A stretch of 64,000 bases of DNA from Diplonema japonicum. Its lineage: Eukaryota > Protista > Euglenozoa: Diplonemea. Under the pieces are notes generated by a model, which worked only from the letters and a program-made list of their open reading frames with translations, did no database searches and was not told the DNA's origin. The translations under genes and the position numbers were made by a program. The stretch covers positions 1-64,000 of the forward strand of contig OZ025705.1 of the NCBI GenBank assembly GCA_964019335.1, in the 5' to 3' direction. Positions 57,037 through 64,000 of the stretch are shown here, piece after piece; the first letter of the stretch is position 1, and the number at the start of each line of letters is the position of its first letter.

Positions 57037-59424
57037 CTAGAGGAGCAAAACCAGAACAAGTGCCAAAACAACGGCAAGAAGAAATGCCACAAGACCCCAA
57101 CCAGCAGGAGACGCGAAGCAGCAAGAGGACTCACCATCAGCAGCGGGCGCCTGCGGCATGTCAGGTATCTGCGTGATGGTGATGGTACTAGTCGACTCCC
57201 TCCCGATAGTGCTGTCCCACGGGTCGTTCGTCCGCGACCGTATAGCAACAGGAGCAACATCAATATCATCAATAGTGGCAATGGAACCGTCAAGGTACAT
57301 GCTGTCGAGCTTATGTGCGATAGCAGTCTTCAGATCATCCTCCCTCTCATACGAGTAAAGCGTCTTAGGGGTTGCAACAGAAGAATACCGCCTAGACCGT
57401 GCAGTAAGGTTCCCCAGCGTGTGGTCGTCAGAGTCATCCTCGAGGAGGTCGCCTTGCTGCATCACACGTTTCAAAAGAAACTCCGACACCCCAGCTTCTG
57501 ACGGTTCAAGGTCCCCCATACTCCCACGAAGAATGGTCGCCATGCTATGCTTCTTACTCGACGCAAATGAACTCTTAGAAGCTCTGTACATTGATTGCGG
57601 GCTTTCCGCCATTGAGACCAGCGCAGCAGGGTGGAACACACCTTGTGACTTCTTAAATGATCCTCTTGTGGGACGGCGGAACTTCTTGGCGGAGGTAGCA
57701 GGGGATCCTTCATTCATCCGCCGCTTTGGTTTGACCTCAGGTGAAGTAAAGCCAGATATACTCCGTGTCGGCGACCCTATGCCCGAATGCTCAGGCGGCG
57801 ACATGGTAGGGGTGTGCTCCTCTGCAGTAGGGGAGTGCACTAGCGTTGAAGGGATGCTGACAAGAGACGCATCCCGTCTGAACGATGAGTTGTTCGGGTG
57901 TGAGGTTGGTGTGGTAGTTGCATCCGACGGTACCCTGTGCGCGGTCATTGGAAGCGCTGCCGACGTAATGACAAGGTTGCCTACGCTGTTCGTGTGCCGT
58001 AGCTGTTCGAGAGGCGGGGCCGACGGTGGTGGGTATCCCACCTCGAAGGCGGTGTCGCTGCTTTTTGTAGTCGTGTCGTACTCGTCGTCAATAAGCGCGA
58101 GAAAAGAATGCTCCAACACCTCCGTCATGGTGGGCCTTGCCTCGGGCTGCTTCTGCAAACATGCAGCCACAAGATCCCTGCACCCCATCGACATGCGTGA
58201 CTCGGGAAGCTCAGGCACACCCTCCAACGCAATGTACATCATATGCGCTTGAGGGTTAGACCCGACATGCTCGAAGGGGTGCTCTGCAGTCAGCATCTCG
58301 AGCATCGTGCATCCCAAGGACCTTTTTTTTTTTTTTTTTTTTTTTTTCCCTTATACCATATGTCGCAAGGGTGCCCGTACGGTTCAGCCTTGATAACCTC
58401 GGGCGCCATCCAGAAAGGCGTACCTTTTTTTTTTTTTTTTGTAAATTGAATCTCCCCCAACATACCATTAAGGACGCTGTCGTCCGTGCCCGTGACGATC
58501 TCATGGATGTACGCGGCGGTCTGTTGTGTTGGTGGGAAAATATATAGAATTGAAAATGTGTCATCATACTCCGAAATCGCACACTTTGCAAACCCCATCC
58601 ACGGTGACGAGTACGTTGGCACCCTTGACGTCACGGTGGATAATGCCGTTGTGGTGGAGGTGCTGCAGGGCAGAGGCGATTTGCTGTGTATAGTTGATGA
58701 GGAGGTTGTCGCCAAGAGGACCGAACTGCCTGTTGAGAGCCGAGATGGAACCGCCAGTCACGAACTCCATGACTATGTTGACTGTACAGCCAGCACGCTC
58801 TGTCCACAAGTACCTCACGATGTTGGGGTGCGACACGTTCTTCATGACCTTCACCTCGTACTGCAGTTTGTTGAGCTGCGTCTTGACGTCCGGGGATTTC
58901 AAGTCGAAAGCGATGTTTTTAACAGCAATGAGCTCTCCGGACGTTGTGTTCAGACCAAGGTACACCTTACCGAAGGAACCTTGCCCGATCAGCTTTCCTT
59001 TTTTCCATCGAATTTCTTTTTTTTGTGTCGGAACGGCTAACGGGTGGCGGTTCCCTTCCGTCCTGACCGACGGAGGCAGCGTGACAGGCATACTGGGGCG
59101 TTTGAAGTCGGAGTCTGCAAGAGCCGGCGAGGAGCAGGAGCTTCGCTCTGATTTTCGTGGAGTGTACTTCCCCCCTATCTCGCTGAGCTTTCGGTTCGCA
59201 TCAGAGTGATTAGGACGGTCGGGGGCTGTAGAAAAAAAAAAAAAATGCCAAACCTAATAAGAAATAATAATACCTGTGTTTGGTGCCCATGAGGAAGGCC
59301 CGACTTCCCCCACCTCCACCACCTCGTCGCCCACGGTCGTCCTCGTTGTTGTGGTTGTAGTTGTAGTTGTTGTGGTTGTTGTTATGGGAAGCCTATTTAC
59401 GCTGGCTACCTTTTCAACCACCAT
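57037..59424 (-). CDS. STE11/NPK1-like MAPKKK with C-terminal transmembrane helix (5 exons)
   Basis: WKKGKLIGQGSFGKVY, HRDVKGAN, DFG, GTPFWMAPE, DIWSLGC after removing introns (e.g. 58424-58465, 58322-58356); hydrophobic C-terminus WGLVAFLLAVVLALVLVLLL. Confidence 0.88.
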
Positions 59425-59880
59425 TTTTCTCTTTTTTTTGTGTTCTCCCGGGGAAAGGTGGGGGGAAACCCCCCTGTGGCTCCCCCTGTTTCTTTTTTTT
59501 TTTTTTTTTTTTTTCTAAGGGCGCGCGTCGTATTTGGGATAGCGAGGGTGCTGTTCTAAAGAGAAAGCGGGACAACGCAACTCAGCAGTCGTGTAAATAA
59601 AAAAAAAAAAAGAAAAGAATAATAAAAAAAAAAAAATATGCCTCTCGTTTGCATCCTATCCCGCTCTCCTATTTTCGTTTTGAGAAGAAAAAAAAAAAAA
59701 AAACCATCGGACGGACGCAACAACGAAAATGGAGAGTTGGTGGGAACAGGGGGGGGACTAGTAGGCGGAGGGAATGGGAGAGGGGGGGAAATGGGAATAC
59801 AAATACAAACATCTATAGGTACAAAAAGCCGAACGGTATTTTTTTCTTCTTTTTTTTTTCCTTTCATTCTTTTCCCTTCT

Positions 59881-60291
59881 TCATCTCCTTGGAATCACGA
59901 CGCAGATGTCACGAAGATTTCTGCGCTTTCTGATAGTGGTTTTCAAAAGCGGTAAGTTTTTCATGTAAGCCGCCAACGCCAAAATCACAGAAGACACTCG
60001 CTCGCTGTTGGTAGGTGACGGCTGCACAGGGGACTGCAATGGAACAACTGCTTTGGAGGATGGCGGGGGGGGCGAAGTTAGATCCCCAGGCCCGCGGGTA
60101 GCAACAACAGGCTTCGGCAGCCCCACCAAGACTTCATTTTGCAACTTCCTCATCTTGCAGCTTCTCTCCTCTAGCCTCTCCATTCTATCAGTCAAATCGT
60201 CAATCTGCCGACGGGCTTCAGCAAGCTCCCTGCGCAGCATTTCAGGTGCAGAAGGCGGAGCCATAAGCACAGGCCGCGCAATGACCACCAT
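59881..60291 (-). CDS. Small hypothetical coiled-coil protein
   Basis: LRRELAEARRQIDDLTDRMERLEER heptads; GC-rich coding-like island. Confidence 0.45.
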   Translation of the reverse strand: MVVIARPVLMAPPSAPEMLRRELAEARRQIDDLTDRMERLEERSCKMRKLQNEVLVGLPKPVVATRGPGDLTSPPPPSSKAVVPLQSPVQPSPTNSERVSSVILALAAYMKNLPLLKTTIRKRRNLRDICVVIPRR

Positions 60292-60538
60292 TTTACAAGG
60301 AGAAGTGGGGAAGAGGGGGGGGACGACCTTGCGTGTGTGTGTGTGTGTGTGTTTTTTCCCCAACAAAAAAAAAAACCCCCCCCATACGACGGAAAAAAAA
60401 AAAGAAAAAAAGAAAAAAAAAAAAAAAACTACAGATGATTAGGCCGGGGCGGGGGCGGGGTCCGTAATATGAAAAGAAAAAAATGTTAAGAAAAAATCGT
60501 TGCTTAAAAAAAAAAAAAAAGAAAGAAAGAAAAGAAAA

Positions 60539-61003
60539 CTACTTCTTCTTGGAGACACCAACGGTACGGCCGCGACGGCCGGTGGTCTTGGTGTGCTGCC
60601 CACGGACGCGGAGGCCCCAAGCATGACGGAGCCCCCTGTGGTTCCTCATCTTCTTCAACCTCTCGAGGTCCTCGCGCAGCTTGGTGTCGACGGTGTTGGA
60701 CAGGACGTGACCAGTGGTACCGTCCTTGGGGTCCTTCTTCCTGTTCACGAACCAGGAGGGAACCTTGAATTCCTCGGGCTTGTGGAGCACTTGCACGATC
60801 CTCTCGACCTCATCGTTGCCAAGGGTGCCTGCCCTTCGGTTAACATCCACGCCAGCCCTGATGCATGCCACAGTGGCAAGCCTGCGGCCAACACCCTTCA
60901 CCATCCTCATGGCGAAGGGAACCTTCCTTTTACCGTCGCAGTTCGTGTTCATCACACGCAACATGTGCTGGAACTCCTCGCCCATCATGGTCAACGACGT
61001 CAT
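60539..61003 (-). CDS. RPS18: 40S ribosomal protein S18 (uS13)
   Basis: [71 protein letters not shown]. Confidence 0.98.
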   Translation of the reverse strand: MTSLTMMGEEFQHMLRVMNTNCDGKRKVPFAMRMVKGVGRRLATVACIRAGVDVNRRAGTLGNDEVERIVQVLHKPEEFKVPSWFVNRKKDPKDGTTGHVLSNTVDTKLREDLERLKKMRNHRGLRHAWGLRVRGQHTKTTGRRGRTVGVSKKK

Positions 61004-61249
61004 GTTGGTCTTCTTCTTCTGTAAAGGGGCTTAAGGGGCTTGTATAGGGTCGCAAAGGCACCGGTATTAAATGAAAGAAAAAGAAGAAGAAAAAAAAAAA
61101 GAAACGGGTTATGTTAGTAGATGTTTTTTTTTTTTTTTTTCAGCTTGATAGGAAAAACAAAATATTTCTCCCCCGCGCGAGCTTTTTTTTTCTTTCTTTT
61201 TTTTTTCTTCTTCTTGAGCTCGGGGAAAAAAAATACTTAAAAAAAAAAG

Positions 61250-62807
61250 GTGTCTTTGAGGGAACCTGCAGTATGTGACAGGATCGCCTAACGACAATCA
61301 ACTCATCTAGTGTTTGATCCCTTCTGTCGTGGTAGTGCCTTAGGCCCGTCGTAGTATCTTTTCAGCAGCTTGGGCGTGAAACCAACTAGCGAGTTGTTGA
61401 GGATGCAATGAGTTCGTAACTGTTCCTCTAGGACAGGGTGGGTGACCTTCGGGGATGCGAAGACCGGACGAGTGGAGTATCCAGTGATGGGATGGCTGTG
61501 GAGCCCTAGGGTACGCAAAGAGTGTACTGATTTCTTAGGTTCTGCTGGAATTAGGTGTCTCCCCGTGCCTTTTTGGTGAATCCTGTCCAAAACTCTTAGG
61601 ATTCTGCCGATCTTTCTTGCCCAGCTCGCTAGGTCTTCACCATCCATGTGGATCCTTTCTGTTGCAATTAGGTCGACCGCAAGTTCCGCCTTGGACACCT
61701 GCCCACCGTCCTTGCCCCACTTGAGGGCTTTCAGCCATTTGAGGATAAACGGGATTAGGCCTGGGAAGTACTTCTTCGCCAGCCCGTTCTTGTGGTACCA
61801 AGTGAGAGGTTTCGGGGTTAAGAGGTTCCCTGGCTGGAAAGGTCTATTCCAGAAGTGCTGGTTTTCGTACCTGACCTGCTTGTCGGCGTGCAGACAATCG
61901 AGTTTTCCTGCAATATCTGCAAGCATCAGGTGGAGTTCCTTGACTCTTGGCAGGCTGATGTCCGAGTCCGTTGTAATGATTCCGTGAATCTGGGTGCAGT
62001 TCGGCCAGCTCCTGTGTTCTTGCACCAGCCACTTGCGGTCGGCGTTGGCTGTCCTATAGCCGGCGTGTGCTGGACAGTGCCAAATGGTATGCTGCAGGAG
62101 GCTGCTGGTTCCATTCCTAACGTCGTAGAGTGCGTCACACCCGAGGCATTTCGCACGTGTGCCTGACAAATCGCCGTAGGCTCTGGGATGAAGGGGCAGT
62201 ATGGCGCCAGTGATTGCACAAAGTAACTTTCTCGCTTTCTGCGGGTTGGCGACCGCCATCTCGTTGTGTAGGAGGTTCGTCCTCTCCTCGTCGATGCCCG
62301 TCTCGATCCCACCAAAGGTCTCTCGCTCTTCGGCGAGCTCGCCACGTAGCTTGTCTTTCAACAGCGTTCTGATCTCATGCTTCAGGTGTTGTATGCCTTG
62401 CGGCAGCATTTTCGTCTGAAGGTCCTTCCATCTGGTCCCAATGTCTCGAAGCCAAACCTCTGCATTGCCAAATGTTCCTTTCGGTAACGACGGTGTTCCG
62501 TTCCGTTCCTTCGTGTACCTGTAAGTCTCCCAGCATGAAACGAAGAGGGATTTGTTCGTCTGGCGTGTGCATAGACGCCCTAGGGTTGAAATGGCCTTGT
62601 AGACCACCGTAGAGTAAGGGTCTAGGGTGTGACCTTTGTGGGCAATCCCCAGCAGAGCACTGGAGGAGCGCATCGGGTTGCGGGCCCCCCAGATACATAA
62701 CGTGATCTGTTTCTTCAGTTTCTCCAGCCAGGAGTCAGGGATTGGGTCGAAGAGTACGCCGTAGAAGGCGGACGGTAGGATGTTCTCAGAGATGATCTGT
62801 ATCTTGC
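61250..62807 (-). mobile_element. 5'-truncated non-LTR retrotransposon (RT C-terminal/thumb region, CCHC zinc finger, 3' UTR)
   Basis: The frame continues upstream of the annotated M (ILPSAFYG...LCIWG) to a sharp break at a homopolymer at 62808. CLGC...HTIWHC zinc finger; no introns; the 3' UTR is repeated elsewhere in the window. Confidence 0.75.
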
Positions 62808-63020
62808 GAAAAAAAAAAAAAAAAAAAAAGAAGGAGAAGAAACAACCCCTGCTCTAGTTATTTGCCATCCATGTCAAGGGAAGGATGTTTTTTTTTATAA
62901 TAAAAAAAAATGAAATTAGGGGGGGGGGGGAGAGGGCTCTTTTCAATCTTTTTTTTTTTCCCTCCCTCTTTCTTTTTCTTCCTGTTGAACTAACAAAAAA
63001 AATAATATTTTTTTTTTTTT

Positions 63021-64000
63021 CTAATTTGTAATTAGAGGAGCTTCCTCGTCAGCGTCGCTACTATCTTCCGTATCACAAACGTCAGGGATTTGCAAGAACT
63101 CAAAGACGTCCTTTGCGTCCTCGCTGTTCACCAAGGAGAGGTGCAGCAACACAAAGACGGCCATCGACGGCTCGGCAACGATCTTCTGCTGCTGCTTGGG
63201 AACAATAAAGAGGCATGGAACCCTTACAAGGGTAGAGCAAACATGAAAACAACTTGACACCACAAAAACAAACGAGTAACCGTGCAAACTAATCAGCTCC
63301 CCACCAACAGCAGCGGACCCGCACCACCCAGCACTGGTGATGGACCCCAACGCCGCCCATTTCGCTCGATCTTTCTTCGGAATATAATCCATGATAATAG
63401 AAGATTGGATCGCACTTGTGGATTGCAAAAATCCGGAACGTGCGAACCACAGTCCAATAAGCGCGGTTCTATTCTTAATATGACTGTTAAACCCTCCACG
63501 GTAGCCTATATAGGCCATTCCGAGCAAGCAGGATATTCCACAGTACCACAGGAAGATATCAGCCTGCACTCTTCCGAACCCGCGTGATAAGAATGTTGCC
63601 AAGTACGTGAAAGGAACGACTAGATAGGGCTGCACGGCGACCACGGACATTATGGCCACGGGGCCCATGCCAAGCTCGTCCTGGAACATGATTTGAAAGA
63701 ACTTGACGGTCATGCCGGAGCCAAAGCACCACAAACAGTCCGATGCAAAGTATAGGTAAGGTACGGCGGAGTGTTTGGTCGATGTTTGACCGGTTTTGGA
63801 ATGTTCTGTGACGGCTTTGGAGTCGCTTTTCAAACAGTAGTCGTCGTTGAAGTAAAAGCAGATCAAACTTGTTGGAAATCTCAACACAAGCCCGGCTATC
63901 ATCACGATGGACAAGTCTGTGACTGTCCACTTGTCGCCGAGGGCTGCAAAGATAGCCAACGACACCACAGGCCCTGTTCCGTACATTATGTTTTGATAGT
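63021..64000 (-). CDS. MFS transporter (5' part outside window)
   Basis: Multiple TM helices; GSGMTVKFF, SRGFGRVQ, IMDYIPKKDRAKW, AVGG. Confidence 0.8.
   Translation of the reverse strand, partial: YQNIMYGTGPVVSLAIFAALGDKWTVTDLSIVMIAGLVLRFPTSLICFYFNDDYCLKSDSKAVTEHSKTGQTSTKHSAVPYLYFASDCLWCFGSGMTVKFFQIMFQDELGMGPVAIMSVVAVQPYLVVPFTYLATFLSRGFGRVQADIFLWYCGISCLLGMAYIGYRGGFNSHIKNRTALIGLWFARSGFLQSTSAIQSSIIMDYIPKKDRAKWAALGSITSAGWCGSAAVGGELISLHGYSFVFVVSSCFHVCSTLVRVPCLFIVPKQQQKIVAEPSMAVFVLLHLSLVNSEDAKDVFEFLQIPDVCDTEDSSDADEEAPLITN

Overview
Eukaryotic nuclear DNA, most likely a euglenozoan of the diplonemid type. This is inferred from a BILBO1 homologue, amastin-like genes, all ~29 protein genes lying head-to-tail on the minus strand, CACAG acceptor-like motifs just upstream of start codons, and many tiny GT-AG cis-introns (31-55 nt). 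Recognisable genes include an FSH1-RWD-Obg GTPase fusion, an MIF4G protein, EF-hand proteins, a GH168/GHL15-like secreted protein, a mitochondrial carrier, a ~1900-aa SLOG+SLATT+SLATT protein, a multi-cold-shock-domain protein, V-ATPase subunit a, an FYR protein, three amastin-like genes, a GH18 chitinase with a CBM1-like tail, a divergent MCM, an HSL esterase, an RNPS1-like protein, BILBO1, two STE11-type kinases, a cytosolic carboxypeptidase, RPS18 and an MFS transporter. The most notable items are: (1) an ~890-bp terminal-inverted-repeat element carrying three tandem degenerate tRNA-like Pol III cassettes antisense to the gene array; (2) the SLOG-SLATT protein, whose architecture resembles bacterial nucleotide-sensing immune effectors; (3) a truncated LINE whose 3' stem-loop recurs as short solo copies upstream of genes; (4) a duplicate gene pair whose identity runs from the putative splice acceptor to the stop codon. 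Non-coding DNA is heavily homopolymeric, which may be partly an assembly or base-calling artefact. All product calls come from motif recognition by eye; no database searches were run.
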